DNA of 15,910 nt from an uncultured archaeon (GCA_964590575.1 CAZPWM010000076.1:1-15910); one strand, 5' to 3'. Positions 8,201 to 14,688 are shown, counted from the stretch's first letter. Program-made: numbers and translations. The notes: generated by a model from the letters alone, not told the origin.

Positions 8201-9211
8201 ATCGATGAAATTGCGGATCATCTCCGCCTCATCATAACCGGGATATGTAGAATAGATGTCATCCAATGTTTCAACAAACACATTGAATCCAAGAGCAGTC
8301 TTCCAAGCAACAAAATCAGTGATGGCTGACTCGAACCCAGGTTTGATAATGATGGTGTAGTTGGAGTTAGGATCTCCTCCACCATTGAAGCTCAAATCGC
8401 CGAAGGTAATAGGAGTATCGAAGGTTACCTCAATCACTATTTCCGAGTTAAGCACTCCATTCCCTTCTGCAGGATTATACTGAAGTGGCTTCACTGTGAG
8501 GAACAGTCCTTCCTCAGCCCCTTGCTTCACATACCGATACTCGATGAGTTCTGGATTCAGAAAATTATCCTGATTGTAGACATCGGGATTGAAGAAGAGT
8601 TTGTTGTCGATTGTAGTTCCTTCAAAGATAGCAACTGGTTTGGGACCCGGTACAAGATCCAGTTGGGATATCATCTCTGACTTAACACTAACAAAATCAA
8701 CATCGATGATGCTTGCACCATCTGGAATCGCAATCAGGAAGTTCTTGTATGGAACGACGGGGGAGCCATAAATCGTTGACAATTGAGCACCAGACATCAT
8801 GACCGATTGAAACTCACCTTCCTCAAAGGAATAAGTTACGACACTGTAGCTGTCTATATCCACTCGAAGGGTCAATTTTGAACCAGTTATCTCGTAAACA
8901 TAATTGAGACCTACTCCACTGTCTTCTACATCAGTCAGCGAATGATGGACAGAGGATTGTGGTATCGCACTATATGATTCCAACAGACCTCTAAGGTCAA
9001 TTGGATCTCTTTCAGCACTCTGTTGTGCTGAACGTGGATCCAATGAATCAATAATGGTGGATTCCGAGATTGTCCGATCTTCTTGTAGATTGTCTACTAT
9101 CATTCCTTCAGATGCTGAATCAATGATTGGTGCAATCCCAATGAAGAATGAATTTAAAATTACGCAAATTGCCAAAGCACTCAGTGTACTTCTCATTCGA
9201 GAACCGGTCAC
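2282..9211 (-). CDS. Large membrane-anchored C25-family (gingipain-like, clan CD) cysteine protease with propeptide, Ig-like, two GATase-like, two CARDB, NIDO-like and two DTxxPxW Ig-like repeat modules
   Basis: N-terminal hydrophobic signal, then a C25-propeptide-like region (GSPVVP...IAIP...VKPLQYNP). The catalytic domain has NYTIII...FVAWKTALGFNV, YVFLIGDGDIVP, SDLYY, PELKVGRIP, FFDHG (His510, nt 7682-7684), MACET (Cys542, nt 7586-7588), YIGATR and YFGDP. The protein ends in a TM helix plus RKR. GTG start with GAGG upstream; an alternative ATG lies at 9196. Confidence 0.93.
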   Translation of the reverse strand: MTGSRMRSTLSALAICVILNSFFIGIAPIIDSASEGMIVDNLQEDRTISESTIIDSLDPRSAQQSAERDPIDLRGLLESYSAIPQSSVHHSLTDVEDSGVGLNYVYEITGSKLTLRVDIDSYSVVTYSFEEGEFQSVMMSGAQLSTIYGSPVVPYKNFLIAIPDGASIIDVDFVSVKSEMISQLDLVPGPKPVAIFEGTTIDNKLFFNPDVYNQDNFLNPELIEYRYVKQGAEEGLFLTVKPLQYNPAEGNGVLNSEIVIEVTFDTPITFGDLSFNGGGDPNSNYTIIIKPGFESAITDFVAWKTALGFNVFVETLDDIYSTYPGYDEAEMIRNFIDASYTENQTSYVFLIGDGDIVPVREVIDPYWGPGIDNGTEPSDLYYECLDGDWDDNNNNQYGEMDDDVDFFPELKVGRIPIQTTEEAERVLSLIIQYESNPISGDWMNDFILIANDCFGYGDGPGMTEGVLNQKYLYDSFFDVSRFYSTDGSLSTPDIVSEINSGVGIIDFFDHGAYDQWSDALYTSDVLGLANGNKSMFAFAMACETAAFDYEIGEPVIAEAFFRNPMGGAAAYIGATRVAWASYDAFDGFHNVFWDYFLQNAVTEREASPKTAFHEALNHMVTTFDMSSPAALETVYQAIYFGDPSMNMYWKQNFTTEASEVDIEESVELNVTCLSYNNIPFANAHAVVTVTDPMGTVVTSSPIITDPFGHYTLSFSTTNRPGQYEVKTQVDDPFEYTGVTSFNVGTVDVSLQLDSDPIYYTFLQFSGTTNADCSGNASLIDSAGSVIQTSSFTVSSGVYSSSLNLTAFGDLRLYIQLDNGSTFGGVETSLRVNRGDVLVISDDTGWDMIEYPGGWADENLGDSSNPGDYVLALQDEYNVSVFYPLYEIVPTLEYLNEFDLVVVTTGDNIGYPMNSPTSYLLDMLYDYHLGGGSILFEGAFILSMLNGSEDSRFPNLFHVQRVEETENTGSLELVKSGHPIMSGMPTNIPLADGLGTVYADVFNPANGSVHAAAYGGSYVGGTAISGLSPAGGLGGVVFIGFSIDAITDSASRNLLIQNAAAFLFQPSLIVTVSDDAMQTGTSETIYFEVVDAATGTPINNAAVNLAGCGILATNSTQPDGTCSLYITPVSEGVISVDVTKGGFLNYSAEIIVYDIPIVALSASPAFLEPYATQIITVTATDYYEHFPLDNCYINATGLGNSVQGYTNSSGMIDLTLTPNDGGLILVSGSLVDYENSTIGLPVRLNVVILPGVGTDMPEDCIWDELMINWQDYGSMPLSIDYITFQTETVTLEKLVELDADVLYLAYPIVVYATSAINAIIDYVQQGHGLIISSTAMYMNPEWGPFFGLADGMTMNAQLFDPLVIHLDNTSHPLFSGVSNPYSPAFGGTIFPEPSLWDGSVLRGASYLANDASLYATILTYRGIVYISNLPEYMGNTDDCQLVYNAMLWSEYVIPDHDLSVSLEAPQQSNPSETVILNVTVHNKGLFNESGVTARLFIDSVEVDSLTVSLLENGTAATFQYFWTPTIETVYNITVIVDPVAEEDSYVNNVLTQMVNIKYLKDYMMIEGVYSWYDAVANGVNLHISGDDTYIPVLLPFSFPFYDDIFETVFVSSNGWLSFANPQPYDFVNPEFPSANPGHAYCMAPLWDDLQASDNIYLWETADRFVIQFNEYEHLGGSDVGTFQVVLYATGLIEFNYLITYTLYDGTIGLNHGDGIHYNSYPYTSLSGVSEFGLQFTYVAPEHDLSASLVAPERAWIDIPTVITATVFNNGNNTEYSFYLSIYIDNSQVDSLYIPILDPYNSESLYYEWIPDNVRTYNITAYVDVVADEYSTSNNAKSRFVPVEAPREFTILNPTESEVVSGGTVLVQYSTELPDQLDYIDVYVNDEHITTMFYAGRQEFMVPVFQNGTNEISIVAVWWDDTTAAASVSFESINVVPILHPEPGDYYDWLWDYGYYQNEMNYSFIGMVSTYEVEVHVVLTFYDNGIPIDTFNATMHVNILNGYVSYDTLGWNNSRLFFMSCLSSPSTTGHHAEIGDPMVFDNWFMVYYVSSFTIWNGYSVWILTNPTYGDQITVFRSNGVVATQEPYGEVVDTSFFPEADTSPPVWLTEPGVIYVEAGEDLEYQFEVYDETGINTFSVNDSLFRVTPNGLLTNQADLDVGDYGLALTVTDLFGHELTGTATVIVRDTIAPEWIDFYVNITITVGDVLQLRVSAEDYSGIDHYSVNDTRFIMNADGWLTSVIQLRAGTYPVLVSVYDNYGNVNTMTIKVIVQGGGLPSDMFIIIVVGVFTIVAVAGFIAILVIRKRMTGGSG

Positions 9212-9228
9212 ATCAATTTCCTCAAATT

Positions 9229-9240
9229 TGTTATATAGCG
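9229..9240 (-). promoter_or_regulatory. Candidate archaeal TATA box for the protease gene
   Basis: The minus strand reads CGCTATATAACA about 20-30 nt upstream of the GTG at 9211. A second candidate, TTTTATAAG, lies at about 9329-9337. Confidence 0.35.
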
Positions 9241-9353
9241 TGTCGCCTGAGGACTATTGCTGAAATTCCTGAAATTGCTTCATAGCTGCCCATCCCGTAG
9301 CACGACAATAACGGTTGGGATTCGAAGACTTATAAAATCAAGCTTAAATTTGT

Positions 9354-9388
9354 TTAAAGAAAGAAGGGGAGGCTGGATTAACCAGCCT
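9354..9388 (-). terminator. Hairpin plus pyrimidine/U-rich tract, putative terminator of the 10302-9391 unit
   Basis: Perfect 7-bp inverted repeat AGGCTGG(9370-9376)-ATTAA-CCAGCCT(9382-9388) directly after the stop at 9391, followed on the minus strand by CCCCTTCTTTCTTT. Confidence 0.6.
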
Positions 9389-9390
9389 TA

Positions 9391-9753
9391 CTAATTTGAT
9401 TCAAAGTGGACTCTTGTAGCTGGATTCAGCAAGTATAGGAAACAGATCAAACTGAGACCTACTCCAGGCCAGTTTTCTCCAATTGCATAGAGAACGATAG
9501 CAAGAACATTGAATATCACAGCTATCATCCAACCACCATAGTCCTGCTTCAGAATCATGGTGTATACCCAGAATCCTATCAAAGCCATTACTGCACCTAG
9601 GAGCGATAGTTCATTCTCCCAAATTGCATATTCCACACCACCTACTATCAAACCGGTAATCGATTCAAGTAGGACCAACCAAGCAGCAATTTTCACTTCT
9701 TGGGGTCTGAATCCTGTAGAGGCACCCGAGTCAGCCATTGGAATCTCTGTCAT
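9391..9753 (-). CDS. Small integral membrane protein (about 4 TM helices), function unknown
   Basis: GGTGA SD 6 nt before the ATG. Four hydrophobic segments, an N-terminal RP motif and a C-terminal YLLNPATRVHF. Confidence 0.85.
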   Translation of the reverse strand: MTEIPMADSGASTGFRPQEVKIAAWLVLLESITGLIVGGVEYAIWENELSLLGAVMALIGFWVYTMILKQDYGGWMIAVIFNVLAIVLYAIGENWPGVGLSLICFLYLLNPATRVHFESN

Positions 9754-9795
9754 GGTTTGTCACCAAGGATTACACACAATTTGCGAGGGGCAATA

Positions 9796-10302
9796 TTACT
9801 CTTTCGTGAGGTCTTCATTCTCTGGGTCATCTTCATATTCATAGAGGATTGACCAGTGTGGAGCATACGAAATGGGTTCGAGGTCTCTTGCTTCCAGTTT
9901 AAGCGCCTCCACCTCCGCCACAATCTTCCGAAGTGTGTACGACTTGACACCCTCCCATCTGAAATAGTCGTTCAGGTCTCGAGAGAACTCGCCCTGATAT
10001 CTCCCACATTTTCCTCCACAGAACAGCTTAGTCTCTTCTCGGACTTCCAGTACGCCCCCACACCATTTGCAGACTGCCTCCATTCCATGGGCATGCATTC
10101 GACCATCGATTAATTGAACGAAGAGGACTGTGTCGTCAAGGTGGATGACACCCCACTCCTCATCCTTGCTGGTTGTCTTCTTCCAGAGCTTCCTCTCTGG
10201 TTTTGGTTTCTTCACGAACGGTTTGGGTGAAGCAATGGGTTTAGGGGTTTCCTCCTCAACCTCGCCAAAATCTGATAGTCTGCTTTGGAAGCTCCGCGTC
10301 AT
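9796..10302 (-). CDS. Hypothetical zinc-finger protein with an N-terminal PIP-box-like motif and acidic C-terminal tail
   Basis: 168 aa. QSRLSDF at aa 6-12, a Pro/Lys/Glu-rich linker, CKWC...CGGKC, and tail YEYEDDPENEDLTKE. Confidence 0.85.
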   Translation of the reverse strand: MTRSFQSRLSDFGEVEEETPKPIASPKPFVKKPKPERKLWKKTTSKDEEWGVIHLDDTVLFVQLIDGRMHAHGMEAVCKWCGGVLEVREETKLFCGGKCGRYQGEFSRDLNDYFRWEGVKSYTLRKIVAEVEALKLEARDLEPISYAPHWSILYEYEDDPENEDLTKE

Positions 10303-10315
10303 GTTAATGTGTACC

Positions 10316-10344
10316 TTTGAAGGATAGATAAACTCCTTTTCAAA
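10316..10344 (-). promoter_or_regulatory. TATA-like element enclosed by an imperfect inverted repeat upstream of the zinc-finger gene
   Basis: TTTGAAGGA(10316-10324)-TAGATAAAC-TCCTTTTCAAA(10334-10344). The spacer reads GTTTATCTA on the minus strand, about 23-31 nt upstream of the ATG at 10302. Confidence 0.4.
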
Positions 10345-10479
10345 TTCATCACAAAGCTTTTCTGACGCTATACGGGTATGTCCGCCAGCGTGGTCAGAGG
10401 ATTTCCTAGATGAACCTCGATTCCCATCAATGATTCAGTGAAACATCAAAACGTCCGATTCACGTGGGAAGTGAAAGGT

Positions 10480-12651
10480 ATGTTTCGAACGAGGATTAGG
10501 CATAGGAATTTGATGTTGCTTGCAGTTTGTTTTATGGGGTTGTTTGTGTTCTCTGCGTTTGCTCCACTTGACAATCCAACAACAGTATTTGAAATGACTC
10601 CTGAAATGGTGAAGGAGAACCATACTCCAAGTGCGATTGATTTCTCAGCACTATGGAATCGGACGTATGGAGGATTTAGTCAGGATAGATTCTATGATAT
10701 GGTCCACTGTGCAGATGGAGGGTATGCGTTTGTTGGTTATACTGAAAGTTTTACTGAAGGAGCTAAGAATATCTGGGCTCTTCGAACAGACAATGATGGC
10801 AATGTAATCTGGGCTAATTCTTTTGGAAACACCAGCGGTGATGATACAGGTATGTCAATTGTTGAATGCGAAAATGGAGATTTTATTATTGGAGGATTTT
10901 CCTATATCGGGGCAAATTCTGATGCAAGAGTTGATCGCCTAGATAAGGATGGAAATCTTCTCTGGACAACTCTAGTAGGTTTAGCTGCAACTGATGACAT
11001 ATTCGTAGATATTATAGAAACCACTACTAATTCCATAATAGCGATAGGCCAAACTAGTTCATGGGGAGCAGGAGGTCTTGATGTACTAGCTCTTTGTCTG
11101 GATGCAAATGGAAACGAAATCTGGATGCGGACCTATGGTGGTGGGAGTGATGATCATTCCAATTCAATCGTCGAATGTGATGAGGGTGGTTTTGCTATTC
11201 TTGGATATACTATGAGTTATGGTGAAGGATTGTTTGATTATTGGTTACTTCGTTTAGATATCGATGGAATTCTGTTATGGGACTACACATACGGTGGTTT
11301 GAATAGTGATCAAGGTATTGACCTTGTACAGAACGTCTTTGGTGGCTTTGTGTTAGCAGGTCAATCTAGAAGCTTTGGAGATGTTAATGGTGACTTTTGG
11401 GTAATGTGTGTTGATAGTAGTGGTAATGAAATATGGAATGCTACATACCCTGCTGGAGGTATAGATTTTGCGTCAGGTATCGTGGAATGCGCCAGAGGGG
11501 GATACGCAGTTATTGGAATAATAGACTACATTTCTGGAGTAGATAAGGCGAGTTTAGTCCGAATAGATACCGATGGTACTCAACTGTGGAGAGGTTTCTA
11601 TTATGGGTCGAAAATTGATCATTGCTATTCCATTGCAGAAATTTATCCCGAAGAGTTTGCACTTGCTGGGTATACAAGCAGCTATGGAGCAGGGTCTTTT
11701 GATGCATGGCTATTGCTAATACCTGGAGTCCCTCGATTCGATAATCCACCACATGAACTGTTTGTGGAATATGGGAATAATCTTGGTGTTAGTATATTTG
11801 TTGAATCCACTGCAGACATTGATTCATGGTGGCTGACTGGTGACTCTGGTTTTCAAATTGCAGCAATTGGTTATACTGAGGGTGTAGTATACACAATGAC
11901 TTTTCCAGATGTAGGTTATTACGAAGTTTATGTCCATGTCAACAATACCGCAGGTCATGAAACAGAACACATCATTTTCATCTATGTCGATGATACAACT
12001 GCACCCTATTGGCAAGATTTTACTGCAGAGCACACCTTGGAATTCGGTGACCAGTTCCAATATACACCTCGTGCAGGAGACTTGTCATTTTTAGGTGAAT
12101 GGTTTCTCTTTGGATCGAGCTACTTCACCATCGATACCAACACCGGTGATATCTCAAGTGTTGGCACGCCACCAGTTGGTGAGTACAATCTTGAAATAAC
12201 CGTAGGGGACATGTATCACAACACACTGGTTGATGATATCCAGATAATTGTACAAGACACAACAGCGCCTGTCTGGGAGATACCTCCTCAAGACCAAGCA
12301 ATTGACTATGGTGCGGACTTTGTCTATGACCTTGGCGCTTCTGATCTTGCAGGGATATCTTCATGGTCAGTCGACAACACCGAGTTCTCTATTGACAGTG
12401 AAGGTCGTGTAAGGAATCTGATTACTCTTGCGTCAGGTGAACATGCAGTTACAGTTTCTGTGAGTGATATCCATGGCAACATATTGCAGACACAGTTCAC
12501 GGTTACTGTTGGTAGTGCTCCCACACTGCCAAGTGGAACACCTGGAATCTTTGATTCAGTAATTCCATTTGGTGTGGGGGTAATAGCTACTGTTGCAGTA
12601 GTTGCTGTTGTGTGCGCGATGGGAAGAAGGCGTACTCCATCTGCAAAGTAG
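10480..12651 (+). CDS. Cell-surface protein: signal peptide, 7-bladed beta-propeller (WxxTYGG repeats), three Ig-like DTTAPxW repeats, C-terminal TM anchor
   Basis: Seven ~55-aa repeats starting LWNRTYGG, IWANSFGN, LWTTLVGL, IWMRTYGG, LWDYTYGG, IWNATYPA and LWRGFYYG. Three ~87-aa repeats follow (PRFDNPP, DDTTAPYW, QDTTAPVW), then TM VIPFGVGVIATVAVVAVVCAM plus GRRR. The start is uncertain: ATG 10480 gives a typical basic-then-hydrophobic signal, while the ORF track uses GTG 10438. Confidence 0.88.
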   Translation: MFRTRIRHRNLMLLAVCFMGLFVFSAFAPLDNPTTVFEMTPEMVKENHTPSAIDFSALWNRTYGGFSQDRFYDMVHCADGGYAFVGYTESFTEGAKNIWALRTDNDGNVIWANSFGNTSGDDTGMSIVECENGDFIIGGFSYIGANSDARVDRLDKDGNLLWTTLVGLAATDDIFVDIIETTTNSIIAIGQTSSWGAGGLDVLALCLDANGNEIWMRTYGGGSDDHSNSIVECDEGGFAILGYTMSYGEGLFDYWLLRLDIDGILLWDYTYGGLNSDQGIDLVQNVFGGFVLAGQSRSFGDVNGDFWVMCVDSSGNEIWNATYPAGGIDFASGIVECARGGYAVIGIIDYISGVDKASLVRIDTDGTQLWRGFYYGSKIDHCYSIAEIYPEEFALAGYTSSYGAGSFDAWLLLIPGVPRFDNPPHELFVEYGNNLGVSIFVESTADIDSWWLTGDSGFQIAAIGYTEGVVYTMTFPDVGYYEVYVHVNNTAGHETEHIIFIYVDDTTAPYWQDFTAEHTLEFGDQFQYTPRAGDLSFLGEWFLFGSSYFTIDTNTGDISSVGTPPVGEYNLEITVGDMYHNTLVDDIQIIVQDTTAPVWEIPPQDQAIDYGADFVYDLGASDLAGISSWSVDNTEFSIDSEGRVRNLITLASGEHAVTVSVSDIHGNILQTQFTVTVGSAPTLPSGTPGIFDSVIPFGVGVIATVAVVAVVCAMGRRRTPSAK

Positions 12652-12690
12652 TTGCAAGTATTGAATCTATCAGTGTTAGGAGGTTATCGA

Positions 12691-14688
12691 TTGAGGCGAT
12701 TTGGTAAATACAGCAATTGGACGTATCTTAGCATTATCTGTATATTTCTGATTGTCACAACTCAGATGTGTCTATTCTCGACAAACGGGTCTCAGAATCG
12801 ACACATTCAACAGAACTATGCACCGGAACTAGCAGATACAACTCTGGACGATTCACCACCTGCACTTGCATCAGCCGCTATGGCGTATGATGAAGAATCA
12901 GACAGGGTGGTCTTGTTTGGTGGGTCGAAAGGGGCTTTTGATTACTCAAATGAAACATGGTGTCTTGATTACAACAGTAATACTTGGACAAATATGACTC
13001 CTCCAAATTCACCTGTTGGTAGATCCAATCACCAAATGGTCTATGATAGTGAGTCAGATATAATCATCATGTTTGGTGGAGATGCAGGAGATTTTTATAA
13101 TGACACATGGACATATGATCTGAACTCAAATATATGGTCTGAAATGTTCCCTACGACGTATCCGGATTACTCTCATGGCACCACCATGACATACGATTCA
13201 AAAGATGATCTGGTCATCCTCTTCGATGGAGTAGAGGGAGAAACTTGGACATACAATGCTGATTCAAATATTTGGACAAATATGATGCCAGAAGGTAATC
13301 CTTGCTATACCCGATGGCATTCACAGATGGTCTATGATGATGATTCAGATATTTGTATCCTTCATGGGGGAGGTGGTTGGGCTCTTGATTTATACCTTGA
13401 TACTTGGGCTTATGATTACACTTCTAACAATTGGACCAATTATTATCCGACAGCTACACCAATGCATAACATTCCATTTTACATGACATATGATTCACAT
13501 GCAGACAGAGTTATTCTATTTGGAGGAGATGATGCTACTTGGACTTATTCCAGTGAATCAAATACATGGTATGAGATGAATCCAACGTGCAGTCCACCTA
13601 TGTCCTATTCAGCTTGTATAACATATGATTCGGAGTCGAACCGGACCATCCTCTTCAGCGGAGATAATGGGATTGCTAACATATGGGTGTTTTCCTACGA
13701 GGATAATACTTGGACTAACATGGCGTGGCCTTCTGATGATGGAACATTCTGTTTCATTGCATATGGCGACACAAGAGGGGATTGGGGAGAGTCAGTTTCA
13801 TCAATTCACGGAGAAATTGTGGAAAATTATATTCAGCACGATCCTGAATTTGTCATCCACACTGGTGATATGGTACGACAAGGAGCTCAGCAATACCAGT
13901 GGTCAGATTTCAATGATACTATTACTATTCTTAGAAGTTTAGATTTACCAATCTATGGCACGCCTGGAAATCATGAGGTTTATACAGAAGATGAGACTCC
14001 TCCCGATGAGGACCTCAGTAACTACCAAGACTTCTTCGATTATTCTGGAGTAATTGATCAACCGGGAGAAACAGAACTGCACTATTCATTCAATGCAAAT
14101 GGAATTCACTTTGTGTTCCTCGACACCGTCCATGGATGGGGTAATGATACTTACATATGTCCCACGGGGCAGATGGAGTGGCTTGAAAACGATCTTGCAG
14201 CAGATTATGAGTTCATCATCATTTCGTTCCATTATCCTCCTTGGTCTGTACTTGCAGAGAGACCTGATCGCTGGGAACAAGCTGCGTGCATCCGCAGTGC
14301 TTTTCATTCACTCTTTATGGAATATGGTGTTGATATTGTTTTCAATGGACATGACCACCTATATTATCATACACTTAGAGACAGTATTCACTATGTTGTG
14401 ACTGGAGGAGGCGGAGCACCACTAGCTAAAATTCAAACTGAAGGTACTGTCTGGCAGACTGGTGATGTAGGGTTTAGTGATTATCACTATTGCGTAGCAA
14501 GTGCAGAAAACGGACTTCTCAATGTTGAGGTGTTTTTACTAAACGGTACCATTGCGGATTCCTTTAGTTTGAATCTCCCATTACCAACTATCTCACCCGT
14601 AATAATTCAGGGGATATTAATCATCTCTTCAGTGGCTCTTGTAGTAGTAGTCACCGCTGTAGTTTGGATAAAAACAAAAAAAGAGTAG
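12691..14688 (+). CDS. Cell-surface Kelch-repeat beta-propeller fused to a calcineurin-like metallophosphoesterase, with C-terminal TM anchor
   Basis: TTG at 12691 is in frame and preceded by AGGAGG. An N-terminal hydrophobic segment is followed by six Kelch-like repeats (M-x-YD...LFGG...TW-x-Y...W). Metallophosphoesterase motifs are YGDTR, HTGDMV, PGNHE, FHYPP and GHDH, followed by VVTGGGGAPL. The protein ends in a TM helix plus KTKKE. Confidence 0.92.
   Translation: MRRFGKYSNWTYLSIICIFLIVTTQMCLFSTNGSQNRHIQQNYAPELADTTLDDSPPALASAAMAYDEESDRVVLFGGSKGAFDYSNETWCLDYNSNTWTNMTPPNSPVGRSNHQMVYDSESDIIIMFGGDAGDFYNDTWTYDLNSNIWSEMFPTTYPDYSHGTTMTYDSKDDLVILFDGVEGETWTYNADSNIWTNMMPEGNPCYTRWHSQMVYDDDSDICILHGGGGWALDLYLDTWAYDYTSNNWTNYYPTATPMHNIPFYMTYDSHADRVILFGGDDATWTYSSESNTWYEMNPTCSPPMSYSACITYDSESNRTILFSGDNGIANIWVFSYEDNTWTNMAWPSDDGTFCFIAYGDTRGDWGESVSSIHGEIVENYIQHDPEFVIHTGDMVRQGAQQYQWSDFNDTITILRSLDLPIYGTPGNHEVYTEDETPPDEDLSNYQDFFDYSGVIDQPGETELHYSFNANGIHFVFLDTVHGWGNDTYICPTGQMEWLENDLAADYEFIIISFHYPPWSVLAERPDRWEQAACIRSAFHSLFMEYGVDIVFNGHDHLYYHTLRDSIHYVVTGGGGAPLAKIQTEGTVWQTGDVGFSDYHYCVASAENGLLNVEVFLLNGTIADSFSLNLPLPTISPVIIQGILIISSVALVVVVTAVVWIKTKKE

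Noticed and set aside
7260-8360. Calling the protease a caspase/metacaspase or assigning rgp/kgp gene symbols
   Set aside because: The flanking motifs (LIGD, SDLYY, VGRIP, FGDP) and His-Cys spacing are C25-type. Orthology and Arg/Lys specificity cannot be established from the sequence.
4638-9263. Small ORFs overlapping the protease gene (4638, 7101, 7358, 7546, 7805, 8589, 9054)
   Set aside because: Antisense or alternate-frame shadows of a long motif-rich CDS, with no independent signals.
9557-10623. ORFs 9557..9844, 9750..9950, 9856..10113, 10130..10327 and 10435..10623
   Set aside because: They overlap better-supported genes and have no domain-like features.
12652-12690. TTG 12652 start abutting the upstream TAG, and possible read-through fusion of the two in-frame genes (pyrrolysine-like)
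   Set aside because: The upstream protein ends in a complete TM anchor and basic tail. The downstream gene has its own AGGAGG SD, TTG 12691 and signal segment.
12855-13730. Recurring DNA words (TATGAT, ACxTGG, TTTGGxGG) suggesting a repeat array or CRISPR
   Set aside because: Explained by degenerate protein-level Kelch repeats. There are no identical 23-47-bp repeats with unique spacers anywhere in the window.
11510-14401. Small ORFs nested in the propeller and Kelch genes
   Set aside because: Shadow frames of repeat-rich CDSs.
13745-14570. Purple acid phosphatase or PPP Ser/Thr phosphatase (BSU1-like) assignment
   Set aside because: It lacks the GDxxY tyrosine of PAPs and the GDxHG/GDxVDRG motifs of PPPs. 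Only the superfamily call is supported.
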